Below the pieces are notes generated by a model. That model made no database searches. It saw only the letters and a list, made by a program, of their open reading frames with translations, and was not told the origin of the DNA. A stretch of 64,000 nt of DNA from an uncultured delta proteobacterium (lineage in GTDB: Bacteria > Myxococcota > UBA727 > VGSZ01), in the NCBI GenBank assembly GCA_963775425.1, contig CAVZJB010000011.1, positions 480,001 to 544,000 on the forward strand, in the 5' to 3' direction. This document shows, piece after piece, positions 35,915 to 45,211 of this stretch. Each line of letters starts with the position of its first letter. The stretch's first letter is position 1. The position numbers and the translations under genes are program-made.

Positions 35915-37677
35915 CGCCGTTCCTCGTCACCCGCCTCAAAGCGGGCCTCGACGACGTTAGCACGCTCCGCCTCCGGGACCTCGCCCTCCGGGCGCACGCG
36001 CGTTGTGCGCTGGGTCTCAGCGCGCGCGGGGCTGCTCGCGCGCGGCGGCTGGCTCTTGGCCTGGAACACCCACGTCGTGGTGCGAGGCTCGAAGCCCTCG
36101 AGGAGGTCCCGCGCGCGCTCCGCGAGCGGCTCGTCCTGCGCCGCCGCTTCGATGGCCGCTTTGGCGTCGGAGGTGTCGTGGCGGCGGAGCGCCTCGAGCA
36201 CGAGGAGGCTCACGGTGAGCTCCTTGCGGGTGAGCGCGTCGATGAGGCGTGGCACGGCGCCGGTGAGACCGGGCGGAAGGTGGGTGCGCACGAAGGAGGC
36301 GGAGACCACGCGGACCTCGGGGTGGTCGTCGGCGAGGCGCGCGAGCACGTCGTCGACGAGGGGGAGCGGGGGCGGATCGTCGTCGGCATAGAGCCGCTCG
36401 AGCAGGACGATGCTGGCCTTGCGCGTGCTCGCCGTCTGACCGTCGACCTCCCTTCGCACGAGGTGGCGCACGCGCACGCGCAGCGGGGCTTGTTCGATGG
36501 GTACGCGCGACAGCGCGATGAGGATCGCCTCCTTCACCGCCGCCCCCGCCCGCCCGCGGCCGAGCGCCAGCAGCAGCGGCTTGATGATCTCGACGTCGGT
36601 CTCGCGTACGCCCTCGGAGAGCGCCACCGCCGCGCTCTCGACGACGAAGGGGTCGTCCTCGACGATGGCGGTGACGATGGCCTTGAGCCCGGCGCGGTCG
36701 GCGAGGCGGCCCAGGCACAGGAGCGCGGCCGCGCGGACGAAGCGATCGTGATCACGCGCGAGGGGCAACAGCGACGCGGCGAGCCCCTCCTCCATGCCCG
36801 TGAGGCAGCTCGCGAGCGCGCGCAGAGACACGGCGCGCAGCTCGGTGTCTTCGGGCGTGGACGCCGGCGCCGTGGCGGCGACGAGCAGGGGGCCCGCGGC
36901 CTCCGTGGCCTGCAGGCGTCCGAGCGCGGTGGCGGCGCCGATGCGGGCGCGCGTCTGCGGCTGGTTGAGCTTGTTGAGGAGGAAGGGCACCGCCTTCTTG
37001 CCGGCGCGCACGAGCTCGGCGACGGCGGCGTCGCGCACGGCGCGGCGGAGGTCACCGAGGTCGTCGAGGTACGGCTTGAGCACGCCGCCCTCGGCCTCGG
37101 CGGCGGCGACGAGCGCGGCGAAGTCCTGCGGCTGCACGTCGGAGCGCGCCTGCGCCTCCAGCTCGGCGAGCCGCGCGAGGACGGCCGAGGCCTTCTCGCG
37201 CACCCAGGGATCGGCGTCCTTGGCGAGCGACTGCACGCGCGCCTTGCTGCGCAGATCGCCGAACGAGCCGAACGCCTGGGCCGCGAACGCGCGCGTGTAG
37301 TGATCACGGTCGGTGGCGAGCTTCTCGACGGCGTCGCGGGCGCGGTCGTCGAAGGCGTCCTGGCCCTCGACGATCTCGGCGAGCGCGCGCGCGACGAACG
37401 GGCGATCTTCGACGCCGAGCACGTCCCGCTCGACGAGCCGGTAGAGCGCGGGCAGCGCCTCGCGGGCCTTCAGCGCCCCGAGGAGCAGGGCGGCGCGCGG
37501 AACCGGCGAGACGCCGCCGACCCGCGGGGCGTCGTCTTCGAGGGCGGCCACGAGATAGGGGACCGACGCCGCCCGGCCGGCGATGAGCGCGCTCTCGGCC
37601 TCGTCGCGCTCGGTGCGCAAGGCGCTTCCGAGCTTGCGCTGCGCGTCGGCGAGCTGTTCGGGAGTGGGGTGCGCCAT
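35911..37677 (-). CDS. HEAT/PBS-lyase repeat protein
   Basis: Repeated DxDxxVRxxAxxAL units (DADPWVREKA, DHDRFVRAAALLCLG, DDHPEVRVVSA). Confidence 0.88.
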   Translation of the reverse strand: MAHPTPEQLADAQRKLGSALRTERDEAESALIAGRAASVPYLVAALEDDAPRVGGVSPVPRAALLLGALKAREALPALYRLVERDVLGVEDRPFVARALAEIVEGQDAFDDRARDAVEKLATDRDHYTRAFAAQAFGSFGDLRSKARVQSLAKDADPWVREKASAVLARLAELEAQARSDVQPQDFAALVAAAEAEGGVLKPYLDDLGDLRRAVRDAAVAELVRAGKKAVPFLLNKLNQPQTRARIGAATALGRLQATEAAGPLLVAATAPASTPEDTELRAVSLRALASCLTGMEEGLAASLLPLARDHDRFVRAAALLCLGRLADRAGLKAIVTAIVEDDPFVVESAAVALSEGVRETDVEIIKPLLLALGRGRAGAAVKEAILIALSRVPIEQAPLRVRVRHLVRREVDGQTASTRKASIVLLERLYADDDPPPLPLVDDVLARLADDHPEVRVVSASFVRTHLPPGLTGAVPRLIDALTRKELTVSLLVLEALRRHDTSDAKAAIEAAAQDEPLAERARDLLEGFEPRTTTWVFQAKSQPPRASSPARAETQRTTRVRPEGEVPEAERANVVEARFEAGDEERR

Positions 37678-37736
37678 CCTCACACCATGTCGACGTCCGA
37701 GGGCGAGCGCAACGCTGTCCGGTATGCTGGAGCCTC

Positions 37737-38891
37737 GTGACCGTGCCCCAGCGCCTCCTCGTTGTTGTCACCCTCGGCGGACTGCTGGCGCTCGCTGGCT
37801 CGTCCTGCGCCGGCTGCGACGCCACGTTCGCCCTCGATTGCACGACCGACGGGGACTGCCCGCGCGGCAGCACCTGCGAGGACGGCATCTGCTTCAACGT
37901 CAACGCCGCCGCCGAGGGCGAAGGTGACGGCGGCGAGGGCGAGGGCGACGAAGGCGAAGGAGAGGGCGACGAAGGCGAAGGAGAGGGCGAAGGAGAGGGC
38001 GAAGGAGAAGGCGAAGGCGAGGGCGAAGGAGAAGGCGAAGGCGAGGGCGAAGGAGAAGGCGACGAGGGCGAGGGAGAAGGAGAAGGAGAGGGAGAGGGAG
38101 AGGGAGAGGGCGAAGGAGAGGGCGAAGGAGAGGGCGAAGGCGAAGGCGAGGGGGACACCTGCGTCCCGGTCCTGCACGACGAGGATAGCGACGGCGTCGA
38201 CGACGCCTGCGACGACTGCCCCGCGGACGCCGACAGCGACCAGCCCGACGGCGACGGCGACGGCGTCGGCGACGCCTGCGACCCCCACCCCGGCACCCCG
38301 GGCGACGCCATCGCGTTCTTCGACGGCTTCGGGGGCCCGCTCGACCCGCGCTGGTTCGTGGCCGCGGGCGACCTGGCGTGGTCCACGTCCAACGACCAGC
38401 TCGTGTTCCCCAACAACAGCAGCGGCAACATCCTCGCGCTGAGAGGCCTCGACGCCGCCCGCATGACGGTCGACGCGCGCATCACCTACACCGGCGGCCG
38501 CAGCCTCGGCCTCGGAGAGACCGACAACGCCGGGCTCGTCATGCGCGTGAGCGGCGCGGGCTCGACCAACGGGACGCTGTGCATGATGCAGATCGAAAAC
38601 GACGGCGGCCCGAGCTTGAACGTGTTCCTTCAGATCAATCGCCTGGTGAACAATGACGCGGGGAACGGGCTGATCTTCGCCGGGGTCTCGGCGGATCCCT
38701 TCGTCAATGATCCGCGCCGGTTCCGCGGCGTCGCGGACGGCAACGCGTTTTCGTGCCGGGCCACGGACTCAAACGGCTCCGACAACGTCAACGTCAACGA
38801 CGGCGGCGCACCCACCCACGGCAGCGTCGGCTTCCGCGCCAACCGCCTGAGCCTCACCGCCGACTTCATCGTCGTCTACACGTCGCCCTGA
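37737..38891 (+). CDS. Secreted Cys-rich protein with long (EG)n linker, TSP3-like Ca-binding repeats and a C-terminal beta-sandwich
   Basis: Signal peptide, CTTDGDCPRGSTCEDGIC, EG repeat, DEDSDGVDDACDDCP and DGDGDGVGDACDP. Confidence 0.8.
   Translation: MTVPQRLLVVVTLGGLLALAGSSCAGCDATFALDCTTDGDCPRGSTCEDGICFNVNAAAEGEGDGGEGEGDEGEGEGDEGEGEGEGEGEGEGEGEGEGEGEGEGEGEGDEGEGEGEGEGEGEGEGEGEGEGEGEGEGEGDTCVPVLHDEDSDGVDDACDDCPADADSDQPDGDGDGVGDACDPHPGTPGDAIAFFDGFGGPLDPRWFVAAGDLAWSTSNDQLVFPNNSSGNILALRGLDAARMTVDARITYTGGRSLGLGETDNAGLVMRVSGAGSTNGTLCMMQIENDGGPSLNVFLQINRLVNNDAGNGLIFAGVSADPFVNDPRRFRGVADGNAFSCRATDSNGSDNVNVNDGGAPTHGSVGFRANRLSLTADFIVVYTSP
37914..38153 (+). repeat. Coding hexanucleotide repeat (GAR-GGN)n encoding (Glu-Gly)n
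   Basis: About 240 bp of gagggc/gaaggc/gaagga units; a short copy also occurs at 4704-4733. Confidence 0.95.
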
Positions 38892-38900
38892 CGCTGCTCG

Positions 38901-38968
38901 CGCTGACGCAAGCGCGGCCGCTCCCTCCGGTCGCTGACGCAAGCGCGGCCGCTCCCTCCGGTCGCTGA
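38901..38968. repeat. 31-bp tandem direct repeat (2 copies plus a partial third), REP-like
   Basis: CGCTGACGCAAGCGCGGCCGCTCCCTCCGGT at 38901 and 38932, then CGCTGA at 38963. Confidence 0.85.
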
Positions 38969-38976
38969 TCCGGGCG

Positions 38977-39024
38977 AGTGAGCGCTCACTTGACAACGGG
39001 GCTGAGTGAGTGCACACTCACTCA
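38977..39024 (+). promoter_or_regulatory. Sigma70-type promoter with two TetR-like operator palindromes
   Basis: AGTGAGCGCTCACT (38977-38990); TTGACA (38990-38995), 17 bp, CACACT (39013-39018); TGAGTGAGTG-CA-CACTCACTCA (39003-39024) immediately before ATG 39026. Confidence 0.8.
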
Positions 39025-39025
39025 A

Positions 39026-40265
39026 ATGGCCACCGCGCGGCTCCTGCGTATCGCCTTCCGCAACATCACGCGCCAGCGCCGGCGCACGCTGCTCGTGCTC
39101 GCCGCCGTCGGCCTCGGGGTCACCGCGGTGGTCGGCGTGCGCGGCTTCCTCAACGGGCTGCAGTCGGCGCTCGTGCTCGGCTTCGCGGAGGGGACGGTGG
39201 GCGCGGTGCAGGTGCACGCCAAGGGCTTCCTCCAGAGCCTGGAGGTCGCGCCGCTCACGCCCAACCTCGACGTGAGCGGCGACCTGCTCACGCGCATCGA
39301 GCACGTCGACGGCGTGGTCTCCGCCACGCCGCGCATCGCGTTCCCCGGCATGGTCAGCATCGGCGACGACACCACCTTCGCGATGATCGTGGCGGTGGAT
39401 CCCGTCCGCGAGATCGCGACCTGCCCACGGCGCAAGGACTTCGTCGGCAGCGGCGCCTGGCTGCCCGCGGACGGCGGAGCCTCCGGTGGCGTGAAGAGCC
39501 TGATCGGCGCCGAGCTCTTGCGCTCGCTGCACGCCAAGGAGGGGGCGCGTGCGGCCGTCCTCACCAGCGACGTCGACGGCGTGATGAACGCGGTGGACAC
39601 GGCCGTGGGGGGCTCGCTCATCGCGCCCACGCAGGGTGAAAAGAAGCTGATGCTGTTGCCGCTCGCCGCCGGGCAGGAGCTGCTGCGCATCCCGGGGCGC
39701 GCCACCGAGATCGCGGTGCGCGTAAAGGACCTCTCGCGCGTGGATGAGGTGGCTGCCGCGCTCTCGGACAAGCTCGGGCCCGACTACGAGGTCCACACGT
39801 GGAAGCAGGTGGTGCCGTTCGCGGCCGACATCGTCGAGACCCAGGACGCGGCGCTGTCCGTCATCACCATCATCTTCCTCATCGTCATCATGATGGGCCT
39901 CGCCAACGCCATGCTCACGAGCGTCCTCGAGCGCGTGCGCGAGATCGGCACGCTCATGGCCGTGGGCGCGCGGCGCCGCCAGAATCCTCGCGCTGTTCGT
40001 GTTCGAGGCCGGCGTCCTCGGCGTCCTCGGCGGCGTCGCGGGCAGCATCGCCGGCAGCGCCATCGTCGCTGCGTTGGCCGTTCACGGCGTGGATCTCACC
40101 ACGCCGGGGGCGTCGCTGCCGCAGCACCTCGTCCCGTTCATCGAGCTGCGTTTCCTCGTGCGCATGGTGCTCCTCGCCACCGTCGGCGCGTCCCTCGCGG
40201 CGCTCTGGCCCGCGTGGCACGCGAGCCGCATGAAGCCCGTCGACGCGCTCGCGGGAGGCGCCTGA
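39026..40265 (+). CDS. ABC transporter permease (FtsX/LolE/MacB-type), +1 frameshift at 39983-39984
   Basis: IAFRNITRQRRRTLL, SVLERVREIGTLMAVGARRRQ then ILALFVFEAG in the next frame, ASRMKPVDAL; ~412 aa when corrected. Confidence 0.88.
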
Positions 40266-41497
40266 TGTTGACGCTGTTGCGCCTCGCTTTCCGCTCGCTG
40301 CTCCGCAACCGTCGGCGCAGCGCCATCACGATCGGCGCCGTCGCCCTCGGCGTGGCCATCGTGGTGTTCGCGTCGGGCTTCGCGCTCGGCTTCGTCCACA
40401 TGATGCTCAAGGGCATGCTCGAGAGCCGGCTCGGCGCGGTTCAGGTGCACCACGCCGGCTACCTCGACGCCACCGAGGCGTCGCCGCTCAAGCTCGACAT
40501 CGCGCAGGCCGACGACGTCATGCGCAAGATCTCCGCCGTGCCGGGCGTGACGGCGGTGGCGCCGCGCATCCGCTTCGGCGGGCTCTTGAGCAACGGACAG
40601 ACCTCGTCGATCGTCATGGGCGAGGCGGTGGACGCCGAGCGCGAGCTCTCCGTGTGTCCGATGCGCAGGAACGACGTCGACGTCGCCGGCGGCGGCGCGT
40701 GGCTCTCGGCAAAGACCCCGCACGGCGGCATCGTCGGCCGCGAGCTGGCCAAGGCGCTCGGCGCCAAGGCGGGCGGGGTGCTCACGCTCTCGGCCGCGGG
40801 CCGGGAGGGCGCGCTCAACGCGCTCGACCTCGACGTCGCGGCCGTGTCGCGAGGCGAGACGAGCATCCTCGACAGCAAGCGCTCCGTGATCCTCGCGCTG
40901 CCGGCGGCGCAGGAGCTCCTGCAGATGAACGGGCGCGTCACGGAGATCGCCGTGCGCGTCGACGACCTCGACCGCATCCCCTCCGTCGCCAAGGACATCC
41001 GCGCCGCCCTGGGGCCGGAGCTCGAAGTGTCCACGTGGGACGAGGTGATGCCGTTTTTGCGGGACGCCGTGAACCGCCTGCGCATCATCCTCACCGGCGT
41101 GAGCGCGGTGCTGTTCTTCATCGTCGTGTTCGGCATCGTGAACACCATGTTGATGAACGTGTACGAGCGCACCCGCGAGATCGGCACGCTGCTCGCGCTC
41201 GGCGTGAAGCGGCGACAGGTGCTCGCGATGTTCCTGACGGAGGCGTGGGTGCTCGGTCTCGTCGGCGGCGGCGCCGGCGCGCTCCTCGGTCTGGTGGCCA
41301 CCGCCGCCTTCGGCGCGCGTGGCGTCGCCATCGTGCCCCCCGGCGGCGCCATGGAGGCCATCGTCTATCCCGAGGCCCGGCTCGACATCGCCCTCGCGGC
41401 CATCGCCATCGCCATGATCGGCGCGCTGTTGGCGTCGGCGTATCCCGCGCGCAAAGCGAGCTTGATGAACCCCGTCGACGCCCTCCGCACCACCTGA
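40265..41497 (+). CDS. ABC transporter permease (FtsX/LolE/MacB-type)
   Basis: LAFRSLLRNRRRS, NVYERTREIGTLLALG, YPARKASLMNPVDALR; TGATG coupling. Confidence 0.92.
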   Translation: MLTLLRLAFRSLLRNRRRSAITIGAVALGVAIVVFASGFALGFVHMMLKGMLESRLGAVQVHHAGYLDATEASPLKLDIAQADDVMRKISAVPGVTAVAPRIRFGGLLSNGQTSSIVMGEAVDAERELSVCPMRRNDVDVAGGGAWLSAKTPHGGIVGRELAKALGAKAGGVLTLSAAGREGALNALDLDVAAVSRGETSILDSKRSVILALPAAQELLQMNGRVTEIAVRVDDLDRIPSVAKDIRAALGPELEVSTWDEVMPFLRDAVNRLRIILTGVSAVLFFIVVFGIVNTMLMNVYERTREIGTLLALGVKRRQVLAMFLTEAWVLGLVGGGAGALLGLVATAAFGARGVAIVPPGGAMEAIVYPEARLDIALAAIAIAMIGALLASAYPARKASLMNPVDALRTT

Positions 41498-41513
41498 ACG
41501 AAAGGATTCACGC

Positions 41514-42329
41514 ATGAACCCCGCGCATCCCCGCCGCGTCGTCGCTCCCTCCGAAGCCGGCAGGACACCGGGTGGCCCACGTCTGGTCGGCGGGGCGCTT
41601 GTCCTCGCCGCCGCCGCGCTCGCAGCCGGGGGCGCGTGGGCGGCGCCGGCCCAGGGTGGCGCACCCGACGTCGACGCGCTCATCAAGCGCTACGACGACG
41701 TGATGTCGCCGGCGTACTTCGACGCCGAGGCGCGCATGATCGCGCATCGCAGCGACGGCTCGGTGCGCTCGTACAAGATGCGCGTGCAAAAGTCGGGCAC
41801 CGACAAGGTGCGCGTCACGTTCCTGGCGCCGGCGGCGGCCAAGGGTCAGGAGATGCTCAGGAGCGGCGACAACCAGTGGCTCTACATGCCCAACCTCAAG
41901 CGCGCGGTGCGGATCGCGTCGCGCGACCAGTTCATGGGCGGCGACTTCAACAACGCCGACGTCCTGCGCGTGAACTACGAGGCCGACTACGACGTCACCC
42001 TCGGCAAGTCGGACAAGCCGGGCCAGCTCGTCCTCGAGCTCAAGGCCAAGTCGCCTTCGGTGGCGTACGACCGCATCAAGCTGTGGATGACCGACGCCAA
42101 GGAGTCGCAGCCCGTGCGGGCGGAGCTGTACGCGTCGAGCGGCAAGCTCCTGCGCGCGGCCGACTTCAGCGACGTCAAGACGCTGTCCAAGGGCTGGACG
42201 CGGCCGACAAAGATCACGATGAGGAACCTGCTCGAGCCCAAGCGCTTCTCCGAGATGATCTGGGACGCTGGCGAAGTGAAAGAGAGCATCCCGTCGCAGC
42301 GCTTCGTGCTCGACGACCTCGGCCGATAG
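41514..42329 (+). CDS. Outer membrane lipoprotein-sorting protein (LolA-like)
   Basis: Signal peptide; FLAPAAAKGQEML...WLYMPNLKRAVRIAS...FMGGDFNNAD; ELYASSGKLLR. Confidence 0.88.
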   Translation: MNPAHPRRVVAPSEAGRTPGGPRLVGGALVLAAAALAAGGAWAAPAQGGAPDVDALIKRYDDVMSPAYFDAEARMIAHRSDGSVRSYKMRVQKSGTDKVRVTFLAPAAAKGQEMLRSGDNQWLYMPNLKRAVRIASRDQFMGGDFNNADVLRVNYEADYDVTLGKSDKPGQLVLELKAKSPSVAYDRIKLWMTDAKESQPVRAELYASSGKLLRAADFSDVKTLSKGWTRPTKITMRNLLEPKRFSEMIWDAGEVKESIPSQRFVLDDLGR

Positions 42330-42338
42330 GAGCCGCTC

Positions 42339-43892
42339 GTGGCCGCAACCGCCTCCGCCCTCGCCCTCGCCCTCGGCACCCTCGTGGCCGGCGAGACCAG
42401 CTTCACCGGCTCCGTCGCCACGCGCGAGCAGGTGACGGCGCCGTCGGAGGACTCGCTCTCGTCCACCAAAGACCTGCCCATCCTCGAGAGCCTCGAGGAG
42501 CTCAACCTCTTCGGCCGCGCGACGCTGTTCGACGGCAAGCTCTCCTTCACCGTCGACACATCCGCCTTCGTCGCCTTCGGCGGCGTCTACGCCGACGCCA
42601 AGACGTTTCACGGAGCCATGGTGGGCGTCGACGACCACGACGTCGCCGCGCTCGCGCCCTTCATCGCGCTCTCGGAGTACTACGTCACCGCCGAGCCCGT
42701 TGAGCACGTGGTCCTCACCGTCGGCAAGAAGCGCGTGACCTGGGGACCGGCGTTCGCGTACTCGCCGACGGATCTTTTGAACCCGCCGCGCGATCCCACC
42801 GATCCGGCGCTGCAGCGCGCGGGCTTCCTCCACGCACAGCTCGACCTCCCCTTCGACGGCTTCACGGTCTCGGCGCTGTTCGCGCCCGAGGTGCTCGAGA
42901 CCGTCAACGCCGTCCCTGTCGCCGCGCTCGCGTATCCGCGCGGCGAGCTCGTCTTCCCCGATCGCGCGTTCCCCGCGGGCGGCGCGCCCACGCCGGACGA
43001 CGCGCTCCACTACGCCGCCGCGCTCCGCGGCTACGCGCTCATCGGCGACGCGGACGTCAACGCGTGGATCCTGTTCGAACACCGCTACGGCGACGACCGC
43101 GAAGACGTCCCGCGGCTCGCGCTCACGCTCTCCAAGAACCTCTTCACCATCCACGAATTCCACGCGGAGGTGCTCTTGCAGCAGGGCAGCGCGCGCAGCT
43201 ACGCCACCCACGACTGCGGCGGCTCCGCCGACAACCTCACGCGCTGCGCCATCGGCGGCACAGACATCTTCGACGAGAAGCTCAAGAGCTCGGACCGCAT
43301 CCTGCCCGAGATCCTCGTCGGGTGGCGCGTGATGCCCGACGACGGGAGCATGGTCTCTCTCGAGTACCTCTACCAGGCAGACGGCTACACCCGCACCGAG
43401 CTCGGCGACGTCGAGCGCCTCGCCGCCGCCGGCGCCGAGCTCACGCGCGGCAGCACCAACGTCCCCGGCTCGTTCGGCGGGCCCTCGGCGACGACGGGCT
43501 CGGAGGCGCCGAACCGGGTGGCGTTCCAGCCGCGCCGCCGTCACTACCTGTTCTTCTCGTACACCAAGCCGCAGGTGCTCGACGACTTCACGCTCGGCGC
43601 CACGGCCATCGTTCCCCTCGAGGACCTGTCCGCGCTCGTGTCCGCGTCGGTGGCGTGGCAGGCGACGGAGTGGTTGCGCCTGACGCTCTTCGGCTTCGTG
43701 CCACTGCCGTCGCCGGCGCGCGTGTCCGTCGACATCAAGGGCGATCCCTGGCAGAGGCTCTACGACGCGGTCGACCGCGATTGGCAGGGCTTCATCCCCC
43801 GCGGCGGCGTCGTCGACGGTCTGCCCGTCGGCGAATTCGACGGCGCCCCTTTCCGCGCGCTCGCGATGTTCGAAGCGCGCGCTTACTTCTAG
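42339..43892 (+). CDS. Putative outer-membrane beta-barrel protein
   Basis: Signal-like N-terminus, LTVGKKRVTWGPAFAYSPTDLLNP, alternating beta-strands, C-terminal FEARAYF beta-signal. Confidence 0.7.
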   Translation: MAATASALALALGTLVAGETSFTGSVATREQVTAPSEDSLSSTKDLPILESLEELNLFGRATLFDGKLSFTVDTSAFVAFGGVYADAKTFHGAMVGVDDHDVAALAPFIALSEYYVTAEPVEHVVLTVGKKRVTWGPAFAYSPTDLLNPPRDPTDPALQRAGFLHAQLDLPFDGFTVSALFAPEVLETVNAVPVAALAYPRGELVFPDRAFPAGGAPTPDDALHYAAALRGYALIGDADVNAWILFEHRYGDDREDVPRLALTLSKNLFTIHEFHAEVLLQQGSARSYATHDCGGSADNLTRCAIGGTDIFDEKLKSSDRILPEILVGWRVMPDDGSMVSLEYLYQADGYTRTELGDVERLAAAGAELTRGSTNVPGSFGGPSATTGSEAPNRVAFQPRRRHYLFFSYTKPQVLDDFTLGATAIVPLEDLSALVSASVAWQATEWLRLTLFGFVPLPSPARVSVDIKGDPWQRLYDAVDRDWQGFIPRGGVVDGLPVGEFDGAPFRALAMFEARAYF

Positions 43893-43901
43893 GAGGTCAA
43901 C

Positions 43902-44597
43902 ATGCCGTCCATCATCGAGCTGTCGAACGTCACCAAGGACTACGTGCTCGGAGACAGCGTGGTGCACGCCCTCGCCGGCGTCGATCTCGTCCTGGAGAAG
44001 GGCGAGCTCACGGTGGTGATGGGGCCGTCGGGCTCCGGCAAGTCCACGCTGCTGAACATCATCGGCTGCCTCGATCGCGTCACGAGCGGCAGCTACAAGC
44101 TCGAGGGCGAGGAGGTGGGGCAGACGGACTTCGACACGCTCGCCGACGTGCGCAACCGCAAGATCGGCTTCATCTTCCAGTCCTTCAACCTCATCCCGGT
44201 GCTCGACGTCGTCGAGAACATCGAGCTGCCCTGCACGTTCCGCACGCCCCCGGAGCCGGCCGGCAAGCTCCGCGAGCGCGCCCGTCGCATCGCGATCTCC
44301 GTCGGCCTCGAGCAGGTGTTGCACCATCGCCCCGAGCAGCTCTCGGGCGGCCAACGCCAACGCGTGGCCATCGCGCGCGCGCTGGTGACCGAGCCCGCGC
44401 TGGTGCTCGCCGACGAGCCCACCGCCAACCTCGACACCGCCACCAGCGAGCAGATCCTCGACGTCATGCTCGAGCTCAACGAGAAGCTCGGCGTCACGTT
44501 CCTTTTCTCGACGCACGATCCACGAGTCGAGAAGCACGCGCGGCGCGTCCTGCACATGCAGGACGGCAAGCTGCAGGAGCTGAAGCGGGCGGCATGA
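43902..44597 (+). CDS. ABC transporter ATP-binding protein (LolD/MacB-type)
   Basis: GPSGSGKSTLL, IGFIFQSFNL, LSGGQRQRVAIARAL, ADEPTANLD, STHD; AGGAGG RBS. Confidence 0.95.
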   Translation: MPSIIELSNVTKDYVLGDSVVHALAGVDLVLEKGELTVVMGPSGSGKSTLLNIIGCLDRVTSGSYKLEGEEVGQTDFDTLADVRNRKIGFIFQSFNLIPVLDVVENIELPCTFRTPPEPAGKLRERARRIAISVGLEQVLHHRPEQLSGGQRQRVAIARALVTEPALVLADEPTANLDTATSEQILDVMLELNEKLGVTFLFSTHDPRVEKHARRVLHMQDGKLQELKRAA

Positions 44598-45211
44598 CGG
44601 ACACGCCTCTCCCCGAGCTCACCGAGAAGCAGCGCCGCGTGCTCGACGCCGCCCTCGAGCTGTTCGCCGAGAGGGGGTACGCGGGCGCGTCGACGTCGGA
44701 GATCGCCAAGCGCGCCGGCGTCGCCGAGGGCACCGTCTTCAAGACGTACAAGACCAAGAAGGACCTGCTGATCGCGCTGGTGGCGCCGTTCTTCGCCAAG
44801 GTCATCGCGCCCACGCTCATCGAAGAGGTCCTCGTCATCGTGCGGCAGGAGCACCCGCACTTCGAAGACTTCGTGCGCGCGCTGTTCAAGAACCGCATCG
44901 ACTTCGTCAAGGCGCACGAGCGCATCATCCGGCTGGCGGTGCAGGAGCTGCCGTTTCACCCGGAGGTGCGCGCGCTGGCCAAGAGGACCATCGCGGATCG
45001 CGCGCTCCCCGACGTGGAGAAGGCCATCCGCCGCTTTCAGAGGATGGGCGAGGTGCGCGCGGGGAAGGTCACGTCCCTGATCCGCATCATGGTGGGCACG
45101 TTCCTCACGTATACGCTCACGCGCACGGTGCTCGCCCCCGAGCTGAAGTGGAACGACGCCGAGGAGCTCGAGCTGATGGTGCAGGTGCTCGCGAAGGGGC
45201 TTGCGCCGTAG
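44594..45211 (+). CDS. TetR/AcrR family transcriptional regulator
   Basis: VLDAALELFAERGYAGASTSEIAKRAGVAEGTVFKTYKTKKDL; ATGA overlap. Confidence 0.95.
   Translation: MTDTPLPELTEKQRRVLDAALELFAERGYAGASTSEIAKRAGVAEGTVFKTYKTKKDLLIALVAPFFAKVIAPTLIEEVLVIVRQEHPHFEDFVRALFKNRIDFVKAHERIIRLAVQELPFHPEVRALAKRTIADRALPDVEKAIRRFQRMGEVRAGKVTSLIRIMVGTFLTYTLTRTVLAPELKWNDAEELELMVQVLAKGLAP

Noticed and set aside
38901-38968. 31-bp repeat as a CRISPR array
   Set aside because: Copies are directly adjacent with no spacers, and there are no cas genes
38978-41497. 839-aa fused double permease in the ORF track
   Set aside because: Artefact of the +1 shift at 39983; two separate ~410-aa permeases joined by TGATG explain the sequence
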